Source: Squalus acanthias (taxonomy: Eukaryota). Taken from it: a stretch of DNA of 64,000 nucleotides. Both the position numbers and the translations under genes were made by a program. The notes below the pieces were generated by a model, which made no database searches, had not been told where the DNA came from, and saw only the letters and a list, made by a program, of their open reading frames with translations. Shown in pieces: positions 50,405 through 63,751 of this stretch (the stretch's first letter is position 1; every line of letters starts with the position of its first letter). The stretch lies in NCBI GenBank assembly GCA_030390025.1, contig CM059432.1, forward strand, positions 62,312,001 to 62,376,000, read 5' to 3'.

Positions 50405-50497
50405 ATGTACATATGTGCATATCGAAGCACATTTTTTTCCTTTAGTCCTGACATCTTTGATAGCCAGCCATCAAACTGTTCGCTGGGTGCTGGTCTT
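50405..50497 (-). CDS. PRKDC: DNA-PKcs exon
   Basis: RPAPSEQFDGWLSKMSGLKEKNVLRYAHMY, similar to recalled human PRAPPCEYKDWLTKMSG..AYMLMY. GTGAGT donor; tandem AAG-AAG acceptor (50497 or 50494). Confidence 0.88.
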
Positions 50498-50783
50498 CTT
50501 GACGCAGTTTGAAAATGGAAATAAACATAAGTGACTTAATCTACAAAGTCTTTGCTGAAATATTATTGATTCTATGACCAGAAATCTTGTCAAATAAAAA
50601 TCGGGAAATTTGAAAAAAACACTTATTTTTGTTATTTTTAATGGAGTTGTATATATTACATTGGCAAGGTTGGTGGTCAAAATCATTCTTGTGAAACTCA
50701 AATGCATTTTCACAATTTTCATTACTTAAAAAAACACAGTAGTTAAATCCTGCTAAACAGTCACCTCAATAGACAAAAATACT

Positions 50784-51510
50784 GGGCCATAATTTTCTGT
50801 CAAAATAATGGTGAGGCTAATGGCGCCGTTATTTATGCGCAAATGCTAAAGCAACTTCAGGCAAGGGCAGATGTGCAGCTAAATGCAGAAATCCAAAAGT
50901 TGTTGTCTGAGATGCACCACTCCGTCATTAGTTTTGCGAAAACGGCATCTTGGTGTCTGTCTCACCATCAAAATGCATTGAACAGTGTGAAGTTGCTGTA
51001 TTCGAACTAAACTTGCCACAGAAAGTTGTCTTGTCTAAGTACCCTTTTAATGATGTGATAAGTGTTAATTACTGCAGTCAACCGCTCTGGCACGGAAAAT
51101 TCACTATTATAAGTGTGAAGTCTCATTCCTTCAGGTTTTAATTGTTACTGGAGATTTTAAAAATGTTAAATTTTAAATTTTTTTCTTTTCCCTTCTGTTT
51201 CATTTTTCTCTCTTAATCCAATCTTTCTTACCCTCTCTTTATTTCTTTCCTGTACCTGATTTGGCATTGAATTCACCCACTCTAATTTACACTTTCTTCT
51301 TCATCCTTGCGCTATTAATTTCACAATCCTTCAATCTGATTGGCTAAGGAGATATACAACTGTTTGCACTGTTCACTCAGATCCCAGATGCCCAGTTTCC
51401 CTCGGTGTGACATTATCAGTTTGCACTTTCAGCAACTTGCCACACAAAAAATTAAAAAAATGAAATGGGCAAGAGCAAGTTAGATGCCCTGGCACAGAAA
51501 AGTATGGCCC
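50784..51510. mobile_element. Harbinger-type MITE
   Basis: TIRs gggccataattttctgt / acagaaaagtatggccc; flanks act / aat. Confidence 0.75.
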
Positions 51511-51719
51511 AATAGTTTTGGGTTAGAAATTTTAGCAAACAAGTGTAAATCAGAATGATGCAGTAAAATTCACTGTTTGGATCATCTAAAGCATTTATCC
51601 CCGATTTATTGCACAAATTTCCACTGGACCCACCATGACTTTTATCCTACAGAATGACTTAGTCCTTAATTGCCTTGGTGCCTTGCATTGGTGCTGCATC
51701 TGATCATTTCATACGTTAC

Positions 51720-51803
51720 CTTTTTTGCTCATCCTCGGTCATGTTGCTTAAAAGGAAATCCTTGACTATGCATGTGGTGTCCAGCCATTCTATCAAACCA
51801 AGT
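51720..51803 (-). CDS. PRKDC: DNA-PKcs exon (kinase hinge)
   Basis: (R)LGLIEWLDTTCIVKDFLLSNMTEDEQK(R); taag acceptor, AG|GTAAC donor; 84 bp. Confidence 0.92.
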
Positions 51804-52127
51804 CTTAAGAGAAACATAACACAATTACTATTTATGAAATGCTATAAAAATGATTTACTGTTTATAATGTTTTCTGCTATATAACATTAACAGCATCAAA
51901 TATACCAGATAGCCTTTAAGGTTGCAAAAATCTGGGTTGATTAAAAAAGAGTATCTAGTTAACATATATATTTGGACTATTTCAGAAATACAAGAGCACT
52001 GGAAACACCATACGGGGGAAGGCTTTCTCTGTTCACCATTTGTAATGAAATCTTAAACGTGGTCTTTATACTTGTGTTTATGATTTGACTATAAACAGCA
52101 AATAAAGGAAATCTTTCCCTATAGGTA

Positions 52128-53783
52128 AATGAGGATTGTTCAAGTAGTCATAGTGAAAGAGGAGGTAGTTGAGATACTGGATGGGATAAAAATTGATGAA
52201 GAGGAGGTACCAGAAAGGCTGGCTGTACTTAAAGTCGATAAGTCATCAGGACCGGACAGTATGCATCCTAGGATGCTGAGGGAAGTAAAGGTGGAAATTG
52301 CGGAGGTACTGGCCATAATCTTCCAATCCTCCTTGGATACGGGGGTGGTGCCAGAGGACTGGAGAATTGCAAATGTTACACCCTTGTTCAAAAAAGGGTG
52401 CAAGAATAAACCCAGCAACTACAGGCCAGTTCAGTTTAACCTTGGTACTGGGGAAGCTTTTAGAAACGATAATCCGGGACAAAATGAACAGTCGCTTGGA
52501 CAAGTGTGGATTAATTAAGGAAAGCCAGCACGGATTTGTTAAAGGCAAATTGTGTTTAACTAACTTGATTGAGTTTTTTGATGAGGTAACAGAGAGGGTT
52601 GATGAGGGCAATGCGGTTGATGTGCTGTACATGGACTTCCAAAAGGCGTTTGATAAAGTGCCACATAATAGGCTTGCCAACAAAGTTGAAGCCCATGGAA
52701 TAAAAGGGACAGTGGCAGCATGAATACGAAATTGGCTAAGTGACAGGAAACAGAGAGTAGTGGTGAACAGTTGTTTATCGGACTGGAGGAAGGTACATAG
52801 TGGTGTTCCCCAGGGGTCGGTACTAGGACCACTACTTTTTCTTGATATATATTAATGACTTAGACTTGGATGTACAGGGCACAATTTCAAAATTTACAGA
52901 TGACACAAAACTTGGAAGTATAGTGAACAGTGAGGAGGATAGTGATAGACTTCAAGAAGATACGTGACAGATGAAATTTAACGCAGAAAAGTGCGGTGAT
53001 ATATTTTGGTAGGAAGAACAAGGAGGCGCAATATAAACTAAAGGGTACAATCCTAAAGGGGGTGCATGAACAGAGAGACCGGAGGGTATATGTGCACAAA
53101 TCGTTGAAGGTGGCAGAGCAGGTTGAGAAAGCAGTTAAAAAGCATACGGGATCCTGGGCTTCATAAATACAGACAGAGAGTAAAAAAGCAAGTAAGTTAT
53201 GATGAACCTTTATAAAACACTGGTTCGGCCTCAACTGGAGTATTGTGTCCAATTCTGGGCACTGCACTTTAGGAAGGATGTGAAGGCCTTAGAGGGTGCA
53301 GAAAAGATTCACAAGAATGGTTCCAGGGATGGGGGACTTCAGTTACGTGGATAGACGGGAGAAGCTGGGGTTGTTCTCCTTAGAGCAGAGAAGAGCGAGG
53401 GGAGATTTGATAGAGGTGATCAAAATCATGAGGGGTCTAGACAGAGTAGATAGAGAGAAACTGTTTCCATTGGCAGAAGGGTCAAGAACCAGAGGACACA
53501 GATTTAATGTGATTGGCAGAAGAACCAAAGGTGACATGAGGGAAAACTTTTTTACGCAGCGAGTGGTTAGGATCTGGAATGCACTGCCTGAAAGGGTGGT
53601 GGAGGCAGATTCAATCGTGGCTTTCAAAAGGGAATTGGATAAGTACCTGAAGGAAAAAGTTTTGCAGGGCTACGGGGAAAGGGCGGCGGAGTGGGTCTAG
53701 CTGAAGTGCTCTTGCAGAGAGCGGGCATGGGCTGGCCGGGCCGAATGGCCTCCTTCTGTACTGTAACCATTCCATGATTCTAG
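52128..53783 (+). mobile_element. CR1 fragment (A-like ORF2 family), intronic and antisense to PRKDC
   Basis: Frameshifted RT ORFs, highly similar to the reverse complement of element A. Confidence 0.92.
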
Positions 53784-54640
53784 TGGAATGCTCAACTCTT
53801 ATCCAAGCTGTTGCATGTTTAAGTCCCAGTGCTGCTGTCTGCCACTGTTCGGTGAGTATTTTCACGAGTTGTTCTTTGGATCACTAGATCAAACTGGGAA
53901 GAAGCAAGCAAGAGGAAAATCTGCCATGGTCTGTCTCATCCCACTTGAATCTCAGTATTTTCCATCCTGTCATGTAAATTGTTCCTGCCGCCTGGATGAA
54001 GGCCAATTAGTGATGAAAGGTGTGTGGAAAGGGGTGAAAACAAGTAAAATGCCAACTAATCCCCCATTGGTGATTTAGTTGCTAAACTCTCTTGTTGAAA
54101 TTACTGTAAAAATCATTATTTGAAGATTGCAGTTATAATTCTATATTGCATTGTCTTCACAATTGATACAACATTTGAGAGTACATGTCAAGCAAACAGA
54201 TGAAAGTGTGTATTTTATCATATAAAGTATCTTATGTTTTCCTGTGTTTCTTAAAACATTTATTTTTGGAAGAGATCAGGGAATGTCTAAGTAAAAACAA
54301 ACATCACTTTACTAAAGGGTTGAATTAAGATGAGATTTAAACCATTGCCACAGAACGAGGAAACCAACCTAGTCCAAAATATCTATAAATTCGAGTCAGT
54401 GAAGAAAACTGGTTTATCTGTGAAGATTTCCACAGCCAGGGGGATCGTACAGGTTTCAAAACTGTACCACAGAAAAGTGTCATCCTGACTGAGCTGGTGT
54501 TATCACTGCCCTTGGGGATAGGTGTGGGGTCAGTTCAACAGATGTTTTATTTCAATTATTCAAAGCTGATGCATGGCATCGTTAGAATGACTGTCAATTT
54601 CCAAGAATAACCATTTTTTGATTTAATCTAATTGCTGTAC

Positions 54641-54861
54641 CTAGATGTCATAGGAATGACTTGATACGTCTTCAACTGCAAGTTTCTTTGACTGCAAGCT
54701 GCATCTCGAGAAAGGATAATGTTCATGATGTCAAATAGCTGCTCGATTCGCTGATCTTGTCGTAAATCTTCTCCACCCTTCACAAGGAAAGGATATTCTT
54801 TTTCATCGTTGCCACGCATTATCAGGCGCTTTGGCATTCTTATAGACTTCATAACTTTTAT
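54641..54861 (-). CDS. PRKDC: DNA-PKcs exon (kinase N-lobe)
   Basis: [43 protein letters not shown]...VIPMTSR, the PIKK LxKxxEDLRQD motif; 221 bp. Confidence 0.97.
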
Positions 54862-56184
54862 CTGGGTAAAACCACAGAGTTCGTAGTTAAGATATGTACA
54901 CGTTATTACCACTGCAGTGAAATTGAGTTTGCATGAATAGAATGTGTTATTGAATCTGGAACATTGTCAAACTTACTACTGACTGCAGGAAACGTTTTAC
55001 ATTTAGATCGTTACCTCAGAATAATTTTTAAATTAAGTATTAGCTGCAAATCGCATGTGAACCCTTTTCAACGGTCTCGATCTTTTTTTCCCTCCAAATT
55101 GTTAATCCAAATAGTATGCAAATCACAATATTGTAATTCTGATATGAAAGAATTATGCAGTTTCATGTTGTAAAATTCTAAGTAAATTTCGTCCTGAACA
55201 CTTTTCAGCTCAGTACAACTGTACGACTGTAAACAGGAAGTCACAAAAAAACTTACTAACATAGTGGTTCACTAGTATGCACTCTCTCATTTACAATATC
55301 AGTTTTATATTTTTCTTGCAGAAGAAAGGCACATTTATATCTGACACTCAGATAAAATGACAACAATGAATGATAAGATGTACATGAACAGTTTGAATCT
55401 AGACACATTATACAACCAGATACAGCGCAAAGTGCAGGTTCCTTTGAGGATTGCAGTAATATTTCTACATGTATTGGGTTCACAAATGGTATAAAATTGG
55501 AACTTTCAGAGTACATTACAAACAAGTAGGTGAATGTATCCATGTTCCGTTCATAATGTATATATTTTTGTAAATTTTTGAAAAGAAAGTAAAACTTTAG
55601 AAAATAAAAGCAGAGTATGCATTGCCAAAGGGCTGAGTTGCACTTATCCTCTTTTATAAGGTCTGGTTGATGAGGCTGTGGAACAATTTGTAACGAAAAC
55701 TAGTTTTGACATTGGGTCCCCACCTGTAACATTAACTCAACTGACCACAGGGAGTGGTTGAAGCAAATAGTATAGATGTATTTAAGGGGAGGCTAGATAA
55801 GCATATGATGGAGAAGGGAATAGAGGGTTATGCTGATAGATTTAGAGGAGGCTTGAGTGGAGCATAAATGCTGGCATGGACTGGTTGGGCCGAATGGCCT
55901 GTTTCTGTGCCGTATATCCTATTTAATCCTATGTATCTGATCTCTGCATAGATGCTGCCTGACCTGCTGAGTGTTTCCAGCATTTTCTGTTTTTGGTTGA
56001 GTTCTAGCAGCTGCAGTTTTTTTGCTTGGAACAGTTTCCATCAATTTAATAACCTTTAATGAGGTAGGATGACATTTTTCTAGAAATACCACTGCATGCA
56101 TTACAAATGCCCCAAAATACAAATGACTAATTTCATCAATATTTGCTTGCAGGTAATTATAAATTTAAAATAGTTCATTCATAC

Positions 56185-56252
56185 CCTTTCATCGAACCCT
56201 GTGATTTGTGCATGGTATTCTGGCAACGGTTTGGATTTACCATCATACTGTC
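56185..56252 (-). CDS. PRKDC: DNA-PKcs exon
   Basis: (G)[22 protein letters not shown], read by hand (not in ORF track); ctag acceptor, gtatga donor; 68 bp. Confidence 0.95.
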
Positions 56253-57100
56253 CTAGACAGGAAAAAATAATTGTTATGGATGGCTTATCTATTTGAGTGT
56301 CTTGACCTAAATAAAGAGAAAATGCTTTTTAGGTATTATTTATTTTCTCATTCACTTTCCACTCCCCCTTCCCTCCAGCACTATATACCATACCACAGCT
56401 AACAGGATTGGCAAGCGATCTACTCCTAGGCCTTAGCCAAGTCGTTCCTTACAGCGATGCTTGTAGATCTGAGACCAGCTCACTGGAAAATACTCCCTTC
56501 TTATCTGTTGGAAAATGCATATGACCCACTTGTTTCGTTCCTCGAATATGTCACCAGTTGTGGGAAATGTCACAAGAGATGCTGTATTCTACAATTCCGC
56601 TGATTGTGAACACACTGCACAACCTTTGTAATGGGTGTTTGAGGTGGTATCATCAGCAACAATGGTCCAAGGTCAGTGAACCACCTTTGTTTTAAATTTC
56701 ATTTCTACCACTTCATTTCCCTGCTTCCATTTCTTTCAGAATACACAGAAATCTTTATTACAATTAATAGAGAGCAAGAAGCCAAAGGTATAAAACAGGA
56801 TTTACAGATGACCAGAATCATTAAAAAATGCTCCTTCTTAGAACTAAGGGCCAATGTTTCCTTTAAGTGTCAAATGATTTGAGTAATGCTGAAGAGAACT
56901 AGAGCTTTTAACCTTTAAAAATCACAAACTTGGTAGGCTCTCACTATTGAACAAACGTGTGACAGGAAGTGACATTTGACACACTCTAGCCAACATTATA
57001 AAGCCATTTCTTTATCTTTCCATTCAGCGAAGTTAAAAAGATTTAAAAAGTTACAAACAATAAAAAGAGCAGTGTCTTAAGTTAAGAGGATGTAACTTGC

Positions 57101-57308
57101 CAGGAATTTCTAATTCATTCCTTAGATACTCAGGCTTGAATTCACTCATCCATGGCGAGTACTCTTTCAGGTTCCCAGGTGGCTCCCGCTGCTTGTTGCT
57201 TACGAGTTTAAGGATTTCCATTGCTGCTTTGTCAAATGCAGTTAAGTCCATGACCAGTAGTTTTGAGCCTCCTTTTCCAAAATATTGATCAAAAGCCTTT
57301 TTGAACAT
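57101..57308 (-). CDS. PRKDC: DNA-PKcs exon, ends at a GC donor
   Basis: [17 protein letters not shown]...[27 protein letters not shown](G); 208 bp; donor G|GCAAGT. Confidence 0.93.
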
Positions 57309-58734
57309 CTGAAGTTTTGAAAGCATAATTACAGTAAGCTAGTGCCTTTTAGTCCACATAACTGTTATACAGATTATGTAAATAAAGACACAGAAACACA
57401 ATTCTAAACGTATAAGTACCTTTAATAAATGCCTAGCAACTTTCAAAAATGGATGAAAGCAATTTCTAAATGTTGTATAGTTTAAATTGAGTTGTGCAAA
57501 CCAGAGAGGTACAAGGTTGGTCTCTAGCCTGCGCTGAATTAGCCGGGTAAGATTAAGGATGCTCCAATAAGCCTCATCACCTCTGGGATGGGGAGAGGAG
57601 AAACAAGATTGGCAGAGGTTTCTGCTCCCGATCACTATCCAACAACCCCTACTAAATGTCTGCACAGTGGAAATTAGGTGAGGGCAGGATTGGACTCAGC
57701 TATGATGCCTCCATAGTCAAATTGATGGATGACATTCAGTCTAGGCTCACCCATGAAGAAACCCCACTTGGTGTAACAGGGATGGCTGATGCCAATGGAA
57801 CCATAGCACAAAAGAAGAGGTGCGGGGAAGGGTGAAAATTGGCAAAGCGGGGTGGAGGAAAGAGAGAAATAAAATATACAATAATAAATTCTAGAAAGTA
57901 ACAGATAATGTTAAGGTGATGAGAAATTATTATATCATTCCTGACCAACCAAGGGCAAAAGTCAGTTGGAGATGTAGTTTACGATGAAATTCTGAGATCT
58001 GCTTGGAACCTCCTGAACATGTAGCTTGCTAGATACAAATCTACTTCCTCAGTATTATCAACATTTTAACTAATTCTTTTTACCCATCTTAATGCCATTT
58101 TCTGGATGGATGGAGCAGGGAACCCGTTGACGGCAAAGGCCAATTTGCCTTCAAATTTTCCTCTCCGCCTATGGGGAAGCATCTAGTTTATTTACAGCCT
58201 GGTAACTGCAAATGTTGCTTCAGTATTTGGTCAACAATTGCTGCCAGGCCTAGTGCCCAATGTGTTGAGGCCCAAAATCAGATGCAGTGAATAAAACAGC
58301 AATAAATTATTTTGAATGCTTTCTGAATTTGAACTGTGTTCTCTTGGCACTCGTGTGCGCTACAGAAATGTTTAATTAATGATCTTAGCACTTGAGTGAG
58401 TCTAAGAGTTTTACTCTCAAGTCACAGTGAGTCTTATAAGTAACACAGTAATTGTAAAAATATTAAATTAAATGACTGAAAATAACATGAATTGATTGGA
58501 CCACAGGAAGGAATTCTTGAATTAACCTTGAATTGCCTAATTTAGGCTACATCTGTCTATGAACTCAGTCACTCACTCTTAAAGTTTCATTAAGTAATGC
58601 TATTTAAGCTGATTTAATTGATATCTCTTTCAGAGGGCAAAGCCCTTTCCCCCATCAGATCCAGACCCAAAAGTGAAAGGACAGCTTCGAATACTGATCT
58701 TTTGGACATAAAATCCTGAATAACTTTCACCAAC

Positions 58735-58878
58735 CTGAACATATCTTATTCTGAATGCTCCAAAACCTGGAGCTTGTAAAGATGCCAAATTTGAGCACAT
58801 CTCATCATACATGTTTTTCAGAAGATCTTTATTTTTCACTTTCTTCTCTAAATGATTCTTGAAATCGTTAACCCAGTC
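58735..58878 (-). CDS. PRKDC: DNA-PKcs exon (FRB region)
   Basis: [13 protein letters not shown]...[26 protein letters not shown]; 144 bp; preceded by an 83-bp GT-AG intron. Confidence 0.93.
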
Positions 58879-58961
58879 CTGTTAAAGAACAAAGATTTGT
58901 TATGGTGTTTATTTGTATGGCTTGAATTATTCTTAAGAAGTGTCTGAATTCTGAATGTTAC

Positions 58962-59049
58962 CTTAAAGAGCAAGTCTGGATTACTCAGCTGTTCTAAGGA
59001 ATGAATGAAATTTTCAATCACTCCCCCTTTATCCAGTTTAGTTTTCAAC
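58962..59049 (-). CDS. PRKDC: DNA-PKcs exon
   Basis: (R)[29 protein letters not shown]; ccaag acceptor, gtaac donor; 88 bp, phase-compatible. Confidence 0.95.
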
Positions 59050-59667
59050 CTTGGAGAGAAAAATGCATAAAGGACACTTAATAACAACTCACATTTACAT
59101 AGCACTTCTTACGTCAACAAATTTCAGCGCTTCATACTAGGGGAGGAAAGCTAGAGAGGACAGGAGGATAATGGCGAAAATGTGTCCAGTGATGGTGCAG
59201 TGGATGGAGTGAGGAACAAGCAGTAGCCAGGGGTAAGGTAAGAGAAAGGTTCATGCAGGGATATGTAGCTGAGGTAGGATGGGGCAAGGACAGGAGTTTT
59301 GAATTAAATTTGTTGAGACATGGGGAAATAGTGGAGCTTGCGGGGGGGGGGGGGGGGGGGGGGGGGAGATGAGGGTTGGGGGGCATGTGATGGAATTATG
59401 GAACTGTGTGTGGCTAAGGATGCAGATTTGTATCGTACTGAATGAGATGCCATTTCTGCAGGGCAGAATTAGAGAAGTTGAGTTTCAAGTTGTCCCTTAT
59501 AGCTCATCTGTCTAACATGGAGGATCAGCCTTACTGCCCTCCTCTGCAACCCAAGGCCTGGATTACTTGTGTTGCAGCAACCAAAACTGTGCTCAGTACT
59601 CCTGGTGTGATCTGACCAAAGCACATAAATTTAAATCAGTGAAAAATAAATTTAAAACTTTGCAGAG

Positions 59668-60705
59668 AGCAGTGGTGAACAATGTTTTTCTGACTGGAGA
59701 AAAAGTATGCATTGGGGTCCCCCAGGGGTCAGTATGAGGACCATTTCTTTTCTTATTATATATAAATGACCTGGACTTAGGTGTAAGGAGTATAATTTCA
59801 AGGTTTGTGGATGATACAGAACTTGGCAACGTAGTAAATAGTGAGCAGGATAGTAGCAGACTTCAGGAGGACATAGACAGACCGGTGAAATGGGCTGACA
59901 CATGGCAGATGCAATTTAATGCGGATAAGTGTGAAGTGTTGCATTTTAGGAGAAACAACATGGTGAGGCAGTATAATCGAACTGGTACTATTTTGAGCAG
60001 GGTGCAAGAGCAGAGGGACCTGAAAGTGCATATTCACAAATCTTTGAAGGTGGCAGGGCAAGTTGATAAGGCAGTTAAAGAAAGCGTATGGGTACTTGGC
60101 TTTGTAAATAGGGGCATTGAATACAAAAATAAGGATGTCATGCTAAACTTTTACAAATCTCTGGTTAGGCCTCAGCTGGAGTATTGTGTACAATTCTGGG
60201 CACCACACTTTAGGAAGGAAGTCAAGGCCTTGGAGAGGGTACAGAGGAGGTTTACCAGGGATGAGGGACTTCAGTTATATGGAGAGATTAGCGAAACTGG
60301 GATTGTTCTCCTTAGAGCAGAGAAGGTTAAGGGGAGACCTAATAGAGGTATTCAAAATTATATAGGGTTTTAATAGAGCAAGTAGGAAGAAACTTTCCTC
60401 TGACAAGTGGGTCAGTAACCAGAGGTCATAGATTTAAAATAATTGGCAAAAGAACTAGAGGGGAAATGAGGAGAAATTTCTTCACAGAGGGTTGTTAAGA
60501 TCTGGAACGCACTACCTGAAAGGGTGGTGGAAGCAGATTCCATAGGAACTTTCAAAAGGCAATTGGATGTGTACTTGGAGAACTAACTTGCAGGGTTATG
60601 AGGAAAAGCTGGGGTGTAGGACTAAATTGGACAGCTCTTTCAAAGAGCTGGCACAGGCACGACAGGCCAAATGTCATCCTTCTGTGCTGTAATATTCTAC
60701 GATTG
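59668..60705 (+). mobile_element. CR1 3' fragment, intronic and antisense to PRKDC
   Basis: RT C-terminal ORF 59807-60373 and CR1 tail. Confidence 0.88.
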
Positions 60706-61819
60706 TATTAGAAACAACTTCTTTATTCAAAGGGTGATAAATGTTTGTAATAATCTTTCAGAAAGATAGTAAAGTCAGAAATTAATTTGCATTCAAAATG
60801 CATTAAAAGCTAGTCTGGCAGAGATAGAGTATTAGAGGGATCAGCTTCGAAGGACCTATAGATCTTTTCTCGTGACTGACTTTTCTTCTGTTCTTAAGTA
60901 AGCTCCCTTAGCCTCTGTATTACATGACTCCTCATCCTTTGTGATTTCCATGTACATTCCTCTCATCTGACTTTTCCATCTACACATCTGCAGTCAGTCT
61001 CACCCTTCACATAAACATACCCACACCTATGGCCACTTATTCGATCTCAAGATCTCGCACTGCATCTTCAATCCCATGTCTTGATCACCAACAAGGCTAT
61101 TCCTGGCCAGAAACTCAACTGGACCAGCCACATAAAGAGCAGAGCAGGTCAGAGGTTGGGTAGTCTGCAGTAAGTGGCTCACTTCCTGATGCCTTAAAGC
61201 CTCTACACCACCTACAAGGCGCATGTCAGGAGGGTGATGGAATACTTTCCACTTGCCTGGATGGGTGCAGCTACACCAACACTCAAAAATTTCACCATCC
61301 AAGACAAAGCAGTCCGATTGATCAGCACTTCATCGACTAGCCTAAACATTCACCTGTTCAACCACCAATGTACCGTGGCTGCAGTATCTACTATATATAG
61401 AATGCACTGCAACAACTTAGCAAGGCTTCTTTGGCGGCACCTGCCAAACCCGGAACCTCCATCATCTAGACGGACAAGGGCAGTAAGTGCATGGGGACAT
61501 CATTACCTCCAAGTCTCTCAGCATCCTGATTTGGACATATATTGCCGATCCTTCATCGTCGCTAAATCAAAATCCGGAACTCCCTACCTAACAGCATTGT
61601 GGGAGCACCTGCACTACATGGACTGCAGCGGTTCAAGACAGTGGCTCACCACCACCTTGGTAAGGGAAACTAAAGAGGGGCAATAGATTCCAGCCTTGGC
61701 AGTGATACCCACATCCTGAGAATGAATTTTAAAAAATTGTTACCAGATTTGGCTGAATCATGTTTGAATTCCTTTAGTCCAACTTCTGTCCTACTCACAG
61801 GACTAGTCATTATCACTAT

Positions 61820-62412
61820 TGGCACTTGCTAACTGTGATCTGTTATTCCCTCATTGCCCTTCTTGACCCCTTAGCAGCTTTTGATAAAGTTGATTATGCA
61901 ATCCTCGTCTACCATCTCTCCTCCACTGGCCAGCCCACAGGACTGCTCTCGACTCCAACCTGTCCAAACACAGCTGGCGCTGTGGCTTCTCTTCCTGCCC
62001 TACAGTCACACAAAGAATGCCCCCCCCCCCCACCCCCACCTCCCCCCTCCATTTTCTCATCTATATGCTTGATACCATCCATAAGCAAGGGTCAGCTTCC
62101 ATATGTATGTTGGTGACATCCAGCTGTGCATGTCCTGCACTTCTTGATGCCAGGACCTTCAAACCCCAAATTCAAATCATTACCAAGACACTTGCTTTCA
62201 CATCTGCATCATCCACTTCTGCCCCATTGCCGCTGAAGCCTTTATCCATGCTCAACCCCTACACCTTTCCAATTCTCTCTCTACCTTTAAGAACCTTGTC
62301 AAAGAACTTCTATCTTTTTTATCCATATTAATAATTTTTATTTCTCGGCCCTCTGTAATGTACCTTGGGACATTTTCTATGTTACAGGTGTTATATAAAT
62401 GCAAGTTGATGT
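61820..62412 (+). mobile_element. Decayed L2 remnant
   Basis: LLDPLAAFDKVDYAIL motif; tail ttatataaatgcaagttg. Confidence 0.6.
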
Positions 62413-62558
62413 TAGACAATGTTGAAAAATCACAAAATTCTGATTCATTAGAAACCTACAAAAACATTTTTGCATATATGAAATGATTTTGTATTTTGCA
62501 AGCTGTACAAGTCTTTCAGTAAAAAAGCAGCTGACTTGATAACAGTATTTCTTTTTAC

Positions 62559-62770
62559 CTCTCAACAAACTCTTTGTTCCTATTGCCACTTGCAGATGGT
62601 TCAAAGGTATAGTTCTCACTGCTGATCATAAACGGGTACACAATAGCCTGTGGGTAGGAATCTGCAATCTCCTCTATGATGGACTGTACTACATTAGCTT
62701 CTTTTTTGTCAAGCACAGCCATCATTTGACTAATCCAACCAATGAACTGCCAGCATGGAATGGAAGACAC
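62559..62770 (-). CDS. PRKDC: DNA-PKcs exon (end of FAT region), first PRKDC exon in window
   Basis: [22 protein letters not shown]...YPQAIVYPF...KEFVER matches recalled human [22 protein letters not shown]. AG acceptor and GT donor present; 212 bp, phase 0 to 2. Confidence 0.95.
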
Positions 62771-63751
62771 CTGATGAATGTTCAAGAAGAATTACTGGAA
62801 TGTCATCTTTTATTTACAAAATAAGTAAATGCTTCATTTTAATAATTTACTTTCAAATCAGGTTTATAGCAGCACGTTCCATTTGCCAATTCAGGTGACT
62901 GGCTCATCAGTTATTTGCTAAAAAGCAAAGCAACTTTATTATAAATAACCTCTGATCAAAACTGCTTCCACTGATATTTGTCTAACATTAAAAATCGGAC
63001 ATTGAAACCCAAGAAATTGCCTCCGATTGTTATAATTCAATGACTCTCTACTCCTGACGACACAATATGAAAGTATCTTTATTCTTTTAAGATTACTTTC
63101 TTTTGCTTTCAGATCAAATTACAAATTTTGGTATTAAAAGTTAAAACCACCTTTATTAATTCCCCCTCAAACACTACCCCATTTATACAATTAAAGTAGT
63201 TAACCTCACAGGGTGAGAAACGGGAAAAAAGGTGTCACGCTGGTGCGGTAGGGGCTGCTTCTTTTTTGGTTGGGCATGAGCAGAGGGGACAGAACTTTAC
63301 TCGGCATTTAACCATACCTGACCTGGGTGTATCTGATACGGATAATGGGTATGCAAAAGAGAAAGTGTTCAATTCTCCGGCATTTAAATCTTCATCTCAA
63401 TAAGCATAAAATAATTGTGGTTAACTGGTAAGGGCTTCAGTCTCTGAATCAGTTTCACTTCAAGTGATGTACTGTTTAATAAAATCCCATGTTTACACTG
63501 TGTAGCTCCCAGCAACTTTCACAGAAACAGAAAGTGAATTGTAAAGAGTTAAATTACAGTTAGAGAGCAACAATTACAGCATTTCTGTTCATGGAAACCC
63601 CATCTCCCTTCTCCCTTCCCCCCCCCCCCCCCCTAAAAATCAGCTTCTATTCTTTGCTACAAACCGTGTGGTGCTATGTTAAAGTAAATCTGTTTCGAGG
63701 GATGCAGCAATTTGAATTCCGAAAGGCTGTGTCACATGCTGCTTTTATATT

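Noticed and set aside
59342..59366. G25 run (and poly-C runs near 62020 and 63620) as functional G-quadruplexes
   Set aside because: Simple homopolymers of unreliable length with no supporting context.
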